Below are positions 46,790 to 58,308 of a DNA stretch of 64,000 nt, one piece after another. Both the position numbers and the translations under genes were made by a program. The DNA lies in contig JANHCV010000002.1 in NCBI GenBank assembly GCA_025594325.1, positions 2,728,001 through 2,792,000 on the forward strand. The letters run 5' to 3'. This DNA comes from Blastocladiella emersonii ATCC 22665 (lineage: Eukaryota; Fungi; Blastocladiomycota). The notes under the pieces are model-generated. The model worked only from the letters and a program-made list of their open reading frames with translations. It was not told where the DNA came from and did no database searches. Every line of letters begins with the position of its first letter. Position 1 is the first letter of the stretch.

Positions 46790-48607
46790 TTACAGGTCGA
46801 GCGTGATATGGACCTTGTGCGCCGTCTTCTTCTCGATGCCCGTAGCCGAGACGTGGAGCTTGCCCTCGGCGCTGACCGTGAATACGAGCTCGACCTTGTC
46901 GAGCGCCTGGCCAGCCGTGGCCTCGACGGCGAGCTCGCCGAGGAGCGTGCCCTTGTACAGCGGGATGGCGTCCTCCTCCTCGTCGTCGTCCTCGTTCTCC
47001 TCGTCGCTCTCCTCGGCCTCGTCGTCCGACTCGGGCAGGGGCTCGAGCTCGCGGCCCTCGGCGACCTGGACCAGCACGTTGGCGGCGTCGGCAACGGGCA
47101 CGATGACGGCGTGCTTGACGGGGATGGGCGTGTCGCGGGGGATGACCGTGACAAAGTGGCCCTTGGTGTCGAGCACGCCAATGGCGTGGGTGAGGTGGGG
47201 CGCGGCCGTCTCGCGGTCGGCGTGCTCGGCGCCGTGCGCTGTGTGGTGGGCGGCGGGCTGCAGGCCGTGGATGGCGGTGCCGAAGGCGACGGCCTCGTCG
47301 CCGTCGATCTGGGTCTCGATGGCGGCGCGGCCAAACTTGTTCTCGAACATGCGCTGGACGAAGGGGGTGAAGGCGACGCCGCCGACGAGCAGCACGTGGT
47401 CGACCTCGTCCGCGTCCACGTTCTGGGCCTCGAGGAAGTCGGTGATGCCGGCGTCGAGCTGGCGCTTCCACTTGGCAGCGAGGGTCTCGAAGCGCGTGCG
47501 GTTGACGCTGGACACGTAGTCGATGCCCTCGTAGAAGGACTCGACGTGGCAGTTGGCAATGGTGGCCTGCGACAGCACCTTGCGGGCAATCTCGCACGCC
47601 ACGAGCAGCTTCTCGGTAGCCTTGCGGTTGGTGGTGGTGTCGTGCTGCGTGCGCTTCTTGAAGTCGGCGGCAAAGTGGCCGGCGAGGGCCTGGTCGAGCG
47701 TGACACCGCCGATCGGGAGGGTGGTGTGGGCGATCGGGGTGATGAGGCCGGCAAACTGGTTCATGAGCGAGATGGTGGTGGACGAGGCGCCGACGTCGGC
47801 GACGACGGTCACGCCGTTGCAGCCCGTGTGGCCGACGGTGCGCTTGATGTGCTCGTAGGCGAGGGTGGCGGCGACGGGCTCGGGGATCAGGGAGGCGACC
47901 TCCATGCCGGCGGCCTGGGCGGCGCGGACGAGAGACTGCTGCTGCTCGGACGAGAAGTCGGTCGGGTACGACAGCACGCAGCGGGCGACGCGGGCGCCCG
48001 TGTACGACTCGGCCGACTGCTTGAGGGTGCGCAGCAGGACCGTGGTCAGGTTCTCGGGGGTGTAGCGGGTGGTCAGCTCCTCGGGCTCGTCCTCGTCCTT
48101 GGCGTTGTCGGGCAGCACGTAGTGGGTCAGGACAAACTCGGGGAAGCCGTCGGCGTTCTCCTCGACGGGCACGGGCGTAGCCTTGGCGGCGGCGTCCACC
48201 TTGGGGTCGGCGAACTTGAGGCCGACCAGCGGCACGAAGCGGCGCACGGTGCCGACCATGTTGCGGATCATCTGGGCCTTGGCGGCGGTGCCGGCAATCT
48301 CCTCGGAGCCGGCAATGGCGACGATGGCGGGGATCTGGCGCTCGCCGTCCTCGTTGGCAATGATCTCGCCGCGCTGGCCAGCCTCGGCGGGCAGCAGCGT
48401 GAAGGTCGCGTACTCGGAGCCGAGCGAGAAGGCCACCGTGATCTCGGCCTTGGCGGCCTCCTCGGCGGCAGCGGCGGCGGGCGCGGGCGACGCGGCGCCG
48501 TCCTGCGCGGGCACCTCGGCGGCGGGCGTCGCGGGGCGCGAGTCCTTCTTCTTCTGCGGCGCGGCCTGCTTCTTCTTGCCGGAGTTGTTGTTGCGCTTGG
48601 GCGGCAT
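46790..48607 (-). CDS. SSZ1: Atypical Hsp70, ribosome-associated complex subunit SSZ1/HSPA14-like
   Basis: IIANEDGERQIPA, LIPEPVAATLAY, VVADVGASS, VLLVGGVAFTP; truncated substrate-binding domain without a lid; non-canonical phosphate-1 motif (SLGSEY). Confidence 0.88.
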   Translation of the reverse strand: MPPKRNNNSGKKKQAAPQKKKDSRPATPAAEVPAQDGAASPAPAAAAAEEAAKAEITVAFSLGSEYATFTLLPAEAGQRGEIIANEDGERQIPAIVAIAGSEEIAGTAAKAQMIRNMVGTVRRFVPLVGLKFADPKVDAAAKATPVPVEENADGFPEFVLTHYVLPDNAKDEDEPEELTTRYTPENLTTVLLRTLKQSAESYTGARVARCVLSYPTDFSSEQQQSLVRAAQAAGMEVASLIPEPVAATLAYEHIKRTVGHTGCNGVTVVADVGASSTTISLMNQFAGLITPIAHTTLPIGGVTLDQALAGHFAADFKKRTQHDTTTNRKATEKLLVACEIARKVLSQATIANCHVESFYEGIDYVSSVNRTRFETLAAKWKRQLDAGITDFLEAQNVDADEVDHVLLVGGVAFTPFVQRMFENKFGRAAIETQIDGDEAVAFGTAIHGLQPAAHHTAHGAEHADRETAAPHLTHAIGVLDTKGHFVTVIPRDTPIPVKHAVIVPVADAANVLVQVAEGRELEPLPESDDEAEESDEENEDDDEEEDAIPLYKGTLLGELAVEATAGQALDKVELVFTVSAEGKLHVSATGIEKKTAHKVHITLDL

Positions 48608-48932
48608 GGTGCAGGGGATCGGCGGCGGCGAGTCGGCGGGTACGGAGCAAAGCGGGCGCGGCGAGGTCGGCGATGGCGAGGGGCCGTCCGTGGCGGCGAA
48701 GGGGCCGCACGCAGCGACCCGCGACCGAGCGAGCGACCCGGCCCCGCGAAGAACGTGTTTGCGAGGGTAGGCTGACGGCACGTGGACGGGCGCTGAGGCC
48801 TCCGCCTGCGTGCCCCCTCAGTGCCCCCTGGTGTTGTCGCGGCCGCTCTCTCGCCTCACTCTCGCTGATCCCAGCACGCCCCACGAAGCCGCTACGCATC
48901 AACGTAACCCACTTACTGCAACGGAACCGAGC

Positions 48933-49418
48933 ATGTCGCAGGCCATCGGAACCACGTCCCTCGCCTACGCGCGCGTGTGGCACGAGGTCAACCTGCGCGG
49001 CAAGGTGCTGGGCCGCGTCGCGCCCGAGATCGCCAAGCTGCTCATGGGCAAGAACAAGCCCATCTACGACCCCGCCGCCAACTGCGGCGACTTTGTCGTC
49101 GTCACCAACGCCGCCCACGTCATGGTCACCGGCAACAAGGCCCAGCAGAAGCTGTACCGCTACCACACGGGCCACCCGGGCGGCCTGCGCGAGATCCCCT
49201 TCGACAAGATGCTCGCCAGCAAGCCCGAACAGGTCATCCGCCACGCCGTCAGCGGCATGCTGCCCAAGAACAAGATCCGCAACGACCGCCTCTCGCGCCT
49301 GCTCATCTTCCCCGGCAAGGAGCACCCCTACAAGGCCAACATCAAGAAGTCCTACGTCCAGCCCGCCGCCTACGCCCCCGCATTGGACTTGGCCGCCGAC
49401 CCATCCCTGCGCGTCTAG
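48933..49418 (+). CDS. MRPL23: Mitochondrial ribosomal protein uL13m
   Basis: RVWHEV...VLGRVA..IAKLLMGKNKPIYDP..NCGDFVVVTNA, YRYHTGHPGGL, AVSGMLPKN. Confidence 0.95.
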   Translation: MSQAIGTTSLAYARVWHEVNLRGKVLGRVAPEIAKLLMGKNKPIYDPAANCGDFVVVTNAAHVMVTGNKAQQKLYRYHTGHPGGLREIPFDKMLASKPEQVIRHAVSGMLPKNKIRNDRLSRLLIFPGKEHPYKANIKKSYVQPAAYAPALDLAADPSLRV

Positions 49419-49698
49419 GTCGCCGCGTCACCCCTCACCTGTCTGTCCATACTATAGTCTGCCTGTCTGTATCCCTGTCTTCGGGCCGATCCCCGTGATT
49501 CTCAGCGCGCGAGAGTCGGTCAGGAGAAGTGGGGATTCATGCAACGTGGAACATTGACGAGCGTCACGGTACGCCTGGTGCCACGCAGGGTCTCTCGAAC
49601 GGACCGCCGCCGACTCGCGTGAGCTTTCCTGGGATCGGCGGACGCCGTCGTTTCAATGAACCACTCATACCCGCATCACCGATTCCGAAACGTCGCCC

Positions 49699-50038
49699 TT
49701 AAGCATCGTGTCGACGGCGGCCTAGCCGCGTGGCCGCCTGCAGCGCGCCGATACCCTCGGACCAAGCCGAGAGACGCGTCACCTTGATCATGTCGCCATC
49801 CACAACGGAATCCTTGGAGATGAAGGCCGTGGCGATCACCACGCCCGCCTTCTTGACCAGCGGGTCGAGCACGATGCACGGCCGGCTTGTATCGCCGGAT
49901 AAAGATGAAGGCGAGGCTATCGGTCAGTTTTGCGACGTGAGTGCAGGACAGCGCGCTACCTTGAGGGAGTAGTCGGGAGGTGAGCACGCGGGCATGCAGA
50001 AGGAGATCCTGGAACGCTGGCGTGTAATGGGAGCCCAT
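49699..50038 (-). CDS. Possible small 2-exon hypothetical protein
   Basis: GTAGCG...CTGAC..TAG intron joins MGSHY...LLPQ to a codon-biased RPCIVLDPLVKKAGVVIATAFISKD; no recognised motif. Confidence 0.3.
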
Positions 50039-52480
50039 GGAAGCTCGCGTCGCGTGGACATGGAGTTGAGAGTCGCGTACCGTCCATGATCCTGGCTCCC
50101 GTGTGCAGCATGTGCGCGCGGCAAATGAAAACCGCATTCGTGAGGGAGAGACGCGGCTACATGGCTGCGAGGACGTACAAGCCCGCGCGTCGCGGCCGGC
50201 GGCGTAGAAGACGCGGTAGAGCAGGATCTGGGAGGGTGTCCATGCGTCGCGGTACGGTTAGGCGATCATGGTAAACATGTAATTCGAGGGCGAGGAGGTT
50301 GGGACGGCATGGGCAGCATCGAGAACATTGCCGTGGCCGTGCCGAAGGTCAAGGAAGCACAATTTTCAACGCACTCCACGGAGTGGCCGATGCCGTGGTC
50401 GCGGGCGAAAGTGCGCGAGCGCTGGCGAACCTGGATAGCGTCCGGGGCCGGGCACTCGAGCAGTGCAAGCAAGGCAGGGCTGCTCGAGCGGCCCTCAGCG
50501 CAGAGCCGTGACCCGCTGCTGGTCCGTTCGTGCGGTACAAGAGGCATCAGTGACCGCGAAGGAGCGAGCTGCTCGGCAAAGTGGACGTGTTCGCGTGGCT
50601 TGATGCGAAAGCGACAGCTCGTCGAGGGGAGGAGGTTTTCGGGACGATATATAAAGTAGCATGGGACGTGACGCCTGCCACCGTGGCAAGATTCCAAAGG
50701 GTTGGAGAGGGCGAAAGGGCGCAAGGACTCGGCGGCGCGGGCAAGAGTAGGGTTCGGACAGCGAGCGGGAAAGGGGCAAGATAGAAGGTCGCCGACTTGG
50801 GGGAGCGAGTTTCGCGGGGAAGCGGTTGTGAGCGAGCGACCCGCACGTAGGTAAGCCGTTGGCGAAAGCGCATGTAGCGAGATGAAGCGAGTCGACAGCG
50901 AGAGGGCCGACCCGCCGCTCGCCAAGACCGAAAAGCAGCACCGGGCTGGCCAGACTGCGTGGGGCGGTTGCCGGAGCGCGCGGATGAGATGAGAGGGGGC
51001 CCGGCGAAAACGTCGGGCGCGGTTCGAACAGCGAGAGGAGCGTGAGCAGCGCGGGTGGCCGGTCCGCGGCCGACCACGTAGCGCGCAGTCTGCGGGCCGG
51101 TCGTTGCGTGTGAGTTCCATAGCGGGTCGATACATCCAGATTGTCGCTGAGAGCCGTCGGCAGCGCGGGGCGACGGGGGAACAAGTCGAGCCCGGCTCGG
51201 CGAAATGAACGCACGGGCTCGGCCAGCCCACGTGAAGCAGCTGTCGCAGAACTCGGACGCGTCGGCGTGGCGCGTCGCGTAGGTCACGCACGAGGCCCGC
51301 CGCGAGAAGTGTGCCGCCGACGGGTCGACGCTCGATTGCGATCGGATTCCCATGCCGCAAACGTGAATGAAGTCGCCGCGGCGCCGCACCACGGGCAACA
51401 CGACGTAAAACTGCAATGGAAAGTTCTCGCGGCATGACGGTGAGCCGCCGCGCCGTGGCGCTCCCGGGGATGACGAAGACGTTGCCGCAAGTGTCGGTCG
51501 GCGTGCTGGAGTGCGAGGAGAGTACGTCGGCGGTCGGACGGGCGACGGTCAGCGGGTGCGGGCGGTGATCAAATGGAGCGAGCGAGCGTGAGACCCGACG
51601 GGCGCCAGGCGGGCGGCGGCGCGCGCGACGCGGTTTCACACGCCGAGACATCACGCATGCGATCACCCGGCGTTTGGAACTAAGCCCGCCCACACGACCG
51701 AGGCATCGCCGCCCGCTCGGTGCATCGCTGTCGGCGCGTCGGCGGTAGCGGCGGGCGCCGCGTCAGCCCCACGGTTGCGCCGCGCGACCACCGACCCAGC
51801 CCGGCCGCGCGCACCCGGCGTCGCCCGCGGGCGTCGTTGCATCGGGTTTCCATCCGTGTTCATCGACTCTGCCGCCCGCCGCGCGCGCATTGCAGCGTGT
51901 GTCGGGGGGAAAGCGGGCGGGAATACGAGAGCGGGGCGAGCCGTGGCGCAGCGCGCGCTGCCTGCCCGCGAGCGACCGACCAGCGCCCCCGTGACCGCCG
52001 CGCACTTCCGCCTCCACCTCCCCTTCTCACCCTCGTCTCGGAACCAGACCCGCGCGCCCGCCCCGCCCGACCTGCCACCTCTCGGCCGCGCGGGCGCTCA
52101 GCCGCCGCCGCCGTCACTCCTGTCGGCGCGTGCGTGTCTCGCGCCCGCCGTGTCTCGCACGCGCCGCGACGCGTCGACCACTGTCTCCCCCTCGGCCCCA
52201 GGCCCGGCGCTGCACATCGAATATGCGCGCCGTCTAGCACGGTGCAACCGCCGCCCGCCGCCCGCGGGCCGGCTGCCCCGCTGCCCCCGCTGCCCCCGCT
52301 GCCCCTGCTGCCCCGCTGCCCGCACCCCCTCCGCCCGAGATCGCCGCGCTGCGCTGCCCCCTCGACGCTTTCCTCAAACCAAAAACCCGTGCGATCCGTT
52401 GCATACGAACCATCGAATCATCTGAATCGCGCACCCAATCCCCGTCCGACTGCGCACCCTCCGCGCCGTCAACCCCCACC

Positions 52481-55400
52481 ATGTGGTCCCGCAGCGACCC
52501 GATCCGCCAGATGCTGGCGATCGCGCTCGCCATGGGCGCATTCATGGTGCTCGCCGTCGGCTCGGCCCTCGGCCTGCCCATCGCGGCCGCCATGTCCGCC
52601 GTGAGCGCTGCCGCCTCGGCCCCGACGTCCCCCGCCCGCCACTCGGCTGCCGCCCCCGTCTCGGTTTCCTTCTATTCGTCCGCGAACGCGTCGGCGCTCG
52701 TCTCGTCCAACTCGTCGTCCACGCTCGGCATGTGCCGCATCGCGGACAGGCCCTCGCTCGGCTCGTACACGTCCCACCCGCTCGGCTCGTACACGCCGCA
52801 CGCCTCGGCGTGGCCGTGGACGTGGATCTCGGACCTCGCCGTCGTCATGCCCGAGACCCGGAACGAGAACACGCTCTGGCTCGTCGTCAAGGCGCGCGCG
52901 CTCTACCACGAGTACGCGCCGTCGGCGGCCGTCGCCCTCAACGCGACCGCTCCCGGCGAGGTCGACGACGCCAAGTCGACCGGCCCCGTCGACCACCTGC
53001 CCGAGGTCGCCGCCGACGTCACCGAGCTGGCCGAGCAGACCAAGTCCGAGACCGAGATTGAGATCCCCGTCATCGACCAGGCCGTGACCAACGACACGAC
53101 CGACGTGGTCGTCGCCACCGCAGCCGCCGCCGAGGCGTCCTCGCCCGCGGCCGTGCAGCCGCACGAGCAGCTCGACCAGCAGCAGCCCGACCAGCAGCAG
53201 CCCGACCAGCAGCTGAAACCGGCGGTCCTGACCACCTCGGACCTGCCCCGCAAACTCGACTCCGTGTCCACGCTCGACGCGGCGCGCGTCGCGCAGTTCA
53301 TGGACATGGTCGCCGCCATTCCGCACGGCGCGTGCGTCGGCCGCGAGTTCTCGCTCACGGGCATGGCCATCGCGGCCGTCATCAACCCGGTCCAGACCGA
53401 GCCCGAGCCTGAGCCCGTCATTGTCATCCAGCGCGTCCCGTCGCGCGCGTACATCGGCGGCCAATCGACCGTCAACGGTAACGCCGACGACATCTCGTTC
53501 CTCACGGTGCCGCCCCCGCCGCCCATGGGAGCCGCGCGCGACCTCGCCAAGCTGGCCATGATGCGGGCCCCCGAGGCCACCTCGGCACCCGGCTCGCCGT
53601 ACGAGGACGGCGACCGTCCCGTCGACATTGCCACCTCCAGCAACAGCGACGACTCGATGGCCGCGCCGCCGACGGCGCAGAAAAAGGAGCAGGAGCAGGA
53701 GCACCAGCAGCCGCCCGTCCTGTCGCTCGCCGCCGACCTCGTTGACTTCGTCGACCTCACCCAGATCGGCCACCTCCTCGAGCCCATCCACTCGGTCTTG
53801 TGCGCCCTGATCGCCCACGTCGCTCCGGCACGGCTTTCGGTCCCGCCCACCTTCCTCGGGATCGTTGGGATCATGGCGCTCGCCGTCGGATCCGTCGCCA
53901 AGCGCGCCGGCTGCAGCCTGCTGCCGCCCGTCATGCGCTCCGCCGCCGCCGCCCGCCTCGTCGCCGCCGGCCGTACGATCGCCGAGACGCGTTTCTGCAA
54001 GCGGTACGCTTTCTGGTCTCCCGGATTCGGGGGAACCCGTTGCTGACTCTTGGATCTCTATAGCATTCTGGCCGCGCTGTTTATCATCCCCGGCTCGGTC
54101 ATCACGATCCTCGCCGCCATGGTCGTTTGCCCTGCTCAGCTCGCGTACCTCGCGGGCAAGCGCGTCGTCGCCTCCATGTTCTCGCGCCTGATCGCCGGCA
54201 AGTACGCCGCGACCTCGCTGATGCACTTGGTTTGCTCATCGGCGCGCGAGACGCGCGCCCGCGTGGCCCTCACGGTCGTGTCCGCGAGCCCCCGCATCCA
54301 CATGGCCGTCGACATCATTGCCCCGCTCGTCTACCTCGGGTGCGGCACGCTCGCCGCCGAGCACCTGTCGCCCGTCGACCAGCTGTCCGTTTACGTGGCC
54401 ATCCTCGAGCTGATCTCCGTTTACCACGTCGCGACCGAGGACCGCGTCCAGCCCGCCGTGTCGGTGCCGGAGCTGGAGCTGGTGCCCGAGATGGAGGAGG
54501 CCAAGATGCAGGCGTCGGAGATGCAGGCGTCCATGAAGAAGAAGAAGGCGTACGAGAAGAAGAAGGCGCGCAAGGCGCGCAACGCGCTCAAGGCCCGCGA
54601 GGCCCGCGAGGCGCTCAAGGCGTCCGCCGAGACCAAGTCGTCGTCCATCCTCGCCGATGCCATCCAGGAGCAGCAGCCCGAGGCCACCCCCGACGCCGTC
54701 GACATCCAGCAGCAGCAGCAGCAGCAGCAGCCCGAGGCCACGCCCGACGCCGTCAACATCCAGCAGCAGCAGCAGCAGCAGCAGCCCGAGGCCACGCCCG
54801 ACGCCGTCAACATCCAGCAGCAGCAGCAGCAGCAGCCCGAGGCCACGCCCGCCGCCGTCAAGATCCAGCAGCAAGTCGAGCAGCCCGAGGCCGACGTGAC
54901 CGACGCCGCCGACTCGCAGTCCGAGACCCAGGTCCAGGCCGTGCTCTCCAAGGAGAAGCTGCAGGTGGCGGACGCTGCCGTGCCCGGCAAGCACCGCGTG
55001 CCGTACACCAAGTGCGAAATGCGCGAGTACACTCGCACGATCCGCCAGGCGTACCAGCTGCCCAAGTTCCCCTTCGCCGGCCGCAATGCCAGCGCGCTGG
55101 TAGGCGCGTACAAAGTGGTCCAAAAGGCCGGGACCCACCACCTGTATCCTTTGGTCCCGCCGCCGCCCGCCGTTGTGCCGCCGCCCGACACGCGCCTGCG
55201 CATGGACCACGCGTCCAAGGATCTCGAGTTCGTCGCGCGGCTCATGTCCGAGGAGCTCACGCTGTTCCGCGACAGCATCCCGAACTGCGATGAGCGCGCC
55301 ATCTACGTGCCTGTACCCAAGCCGCAGCAGCAGCAGCAGCAGCAGCCCACGACGGTCGGCGCGTCGAGCAACCCGGTGGCCGCCTCCAAGACCCCGGACT

Positions 55401-55942
55401 GGACCACGATGATGGACGACGACGACGACGACGCCGAGTCCTCGGAGCTGGTGCAAGACGCGGCGCCCTATGCGGCCGCGCCCGAGTCGACGCCCGAGTC
55501 GACGCTCGACTGCGAGCCCGTCACGCTGAACGAGTACCCGACGCTCATGACGCTCGACACGGGCAACCCCGAGCCCCTCATCATCGCGTCGCGCCGCTTC
55601 TTGCCGTGGATGACCATGTCCGCGTTCGGCATGGTCAACATCTCGCGACGCAACACGGACGTGGCCAACTCGATCTTCGCGCGCAAGGCCAACGCGTACG
55701 GCGACAAGATTCCCACGCCATGGAAGTCGTTCGATGAGTTCGGGGTGCGCAAGTTCCCGAGCTCCACCCTGTGGGACGACGCGCTGCCCGAGGACCGCGA
55801 CGACCGCGAGGACGAGGAGGAGGAGATCACGATTCCCGAGGAGGACCTCGAGGGGCCGTTCTGCTTCAAGACGAGCAAGCGCGACCGGCGCAACATGCGC
55901 AAGTTCCGCGAGTCCAACCCGGAATACGTGTACCAGTGGTAG
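52481..55942 (+). CDS. Large orphan membrane protein (~1130 aa) with polyGln repeats, 2 exons
   Basis: Hydrophobic N-terminus, several central TM-like segments; intron GTACGC(~54004)...CTGAC...TATAG(54063) fuses ORFs 52481-54046 and 54050-55942 in frame; strong GC3 bias. Confidence 0.75.
54670..54868 (+). repeat. Tandem coding repeat Q(n)PEATP(D/A)AV(D/N/K)I x4
   Basis: Four units of CAG runs followed by CCCGAGGCCAC(C/G)CCCG(A/C)CGCCGTC. Confidence 0.95.
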
Positions 55943-56638
55943 TCGGTCCTTGGTCCTCGGACCATCCTCATCATCTTCACCTCTTCATCCTCGTCTTTGC
56001 CTCCCTCCTCTCGTCTGTTTGGACTTTTTGCGTGTGTGTCGTCGTCGCGTACTCGACTCTCTTTGATCGTGTGCTCGACTCGCCATCGCGACCCTTTCCT
56101 GTTCTCGTACGTTGCCCGCTCTTGACTGCCGCGTCCCGAGGCCCCCAAGGCTCACTCACTTTTGCTCGCCGGCCGTGTAGTAAAACGACAAAATCCTCCC
56201 GATATCCTCTCTGGTGTCGGCCAAAAAACACGCACCCGTAAACCCCGAAAGTACAAAAAAAAAAGGAGACGTTCAACTAGGCGCTCGAGCGCGCCTCATC
56301 TACGGCCCGTGGATACGCGTGTACACGCGCATCCGCCGCCGTCACGGCCCCCTCGCGCTGTGTGGCCTCGCTCTCGCGGCCGCGCTGTTCGCGGTCTAGG
56401 CCGAAGGTCAAGGTCCCACAGACGGCGGGCGGCTCCGGCCAGCTCCGCACGGCTCGACCTCCCCGGCGGCAGCGGCCATGACCACGCGCAAGCTCGTCGT
56501 CGTTTCGGCGGCTCGACGTCCGGTTCCGGTTCCGGCACCGCGCGCGCGTGGTCCTGCGCGATCGCGCGCACTCGTCGCCCATCGCACGCCACCAGCGCTG
56601 GCGCAGATCGGCCCGCTCACCCGCTCATCATCGACGGC

Positions 56639-56730
56639 GCCGCTGCTACGGCCATGGCGCCCAGCGCCGCTGCTACGGCCATGGCGCCCAGCGCCGCTGC
56701 TACGGCCATGGCGCCCAGCGCCGCTACGGC
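56639..56730. repeat. 27-bp tandem repeat x3.4 (GCCGCTGCTACGGCCATGGCGCCCAGC)
   Basis: Three identical units at 56639, 56666 and 56693 plus a partial unit; reads AAATAMAPS on +. Confidence 0.95.
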
Positions 56731-58273
56731 GCCGACCACGACGGCGGCGGCCTACGACGATTACCACCTGCTCGCTGCCTCGGCAGCGTCGGCCCTTACC
56801 CGCTACACGAACGACTCGCGCGTCATCACCGCCATCATCGGACGCACGCCAAGATTGCCTCGTCCTGATCGAGTCGTCGTCGCAGCACCCTGCACCGAGC
56901 GCATCTCGCGCACACACACGCGCGCGCTCGCCGTCCTGCCCGCTCGTACGGCGACGCGCCGGCCGACCAGCCGGCCAACCTCACGTCCACGACCCACTGG
57001 TACGGACGGCATCGGTGCATTGCCCCACTCGCTCCCGCGGCCTCGACCCCCGTACATCCGTACTTTTGTGGGGTCGGGCGAGAGCGGCGGACCCGTGGAC
57101 GCCGCCAAAGCTCTCGGAGTGGCCCCGAACGTCATACGTTCATCTGCACCAATGCCGATCCAGTGGGAAGGTTGTCGTCGATCTCGCGCGCGTCATTCAG
57201 CCCCGAGCATGCCGTCGACTTTGTCGATCCTCGCCGCCACGCCCAACTACGGCGGCACGCTCGCGCTCGCGCTCTCGGCCAGGTCAACTGACAGCCGCGA
57301 CCACGAGGGATCGTCTCGCAGCTCATGTGCCGCATCGACGGCCCCCGCGCCACGCGTACGCCGGGTTCGCGCACCGCCGGTACTACCAGTACCAGCCCCT
57401 CGAGTCGCGACCCGCGCCACACCACACCAAGATCCAGCACGCGCCCGGCGCCCGTCCATCGAGCTCCATGGTCCCGCGCGCTGGCGTCTTCATCACCACC
57501 ACTGTCGTACCTTTGACCGACATTCCCGTCGTTGTCATCTGCCGGTTGCGCCCCTTTGTGCGTTCCCGATCTCGTTCAGTTCTTTGATTTTGCTCGTTCA
57601 CGGTCTCGGTACGGATCTCGGGCTGCTGCTCACCTTGATGGACACGACCACGACCACGGCCAACTGACTCGGTTCGTCGTCTTGCCCGTGTAGAGTGCAT
57701 TCCGTGCCTCGAATGCCCATGTGTTCTTCTTTGGAATTTTGGCTCGACTGCGGCCGCACCCAGCTCCTGTACGTCGTCGTACTACGGCAGCCGGGCTGAT
57801 CCGCCAGCGTCGCGGCGCGCTTTCGCGTCGTCTCATGCACTTCGGGACCACGCGCTTGCGCCACGACCAACCATTGCTTTCGGTCAACCTCCTGCTCAGC
57901 CTGACCCGGGCGAGCCCCCGCGCCGACTCGCAGCCCAGTACCGCCGCGAGTCCGGCGCTTCTCGCCAACACGACCCAAGGCCGGGATCACTCTCGTCCAC
58001 GCTTCATTGACAAGGACGGCATCGGCCCACAGCGCTCGCACCGCTCTACTACTTACTACTTCTCGATCGCCCCGCATGCTCACTTCCGCGGGACCTGATG
58101 ACGATCGCGAGGCGCAGCAGCCGTGGACGCTGACTGCCCCTCGGAGCGCGAGCACCGCCCAGATCCAGCACCTGTGCCCGATGCCAAGCCAATGGGGAGT
58201 ACTTCTTCCTGCTTTGTCGTGTATCCGCGCGCTTTTCTCAAGGCGCCGGCATCTGCTTCTTCACGTTTTCGTT

Positions 58274-58308
58274 CACGTACACGTACACGTACACGTACAC
58301 GTACACGT
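58274..58308. repeat. (CACGTA)n hexamer microsatellite
   Basis: About 5.8 perfect units. Confidence 0.95.

Noticed and set aside
50266-52450. Several 200-475 aa ORFs in the region upstream of the orphan gene
   Set aside because: No codon bias or motifs; Arg/Pro/Ser-rich products typical of GC-rich non-coding DNA.
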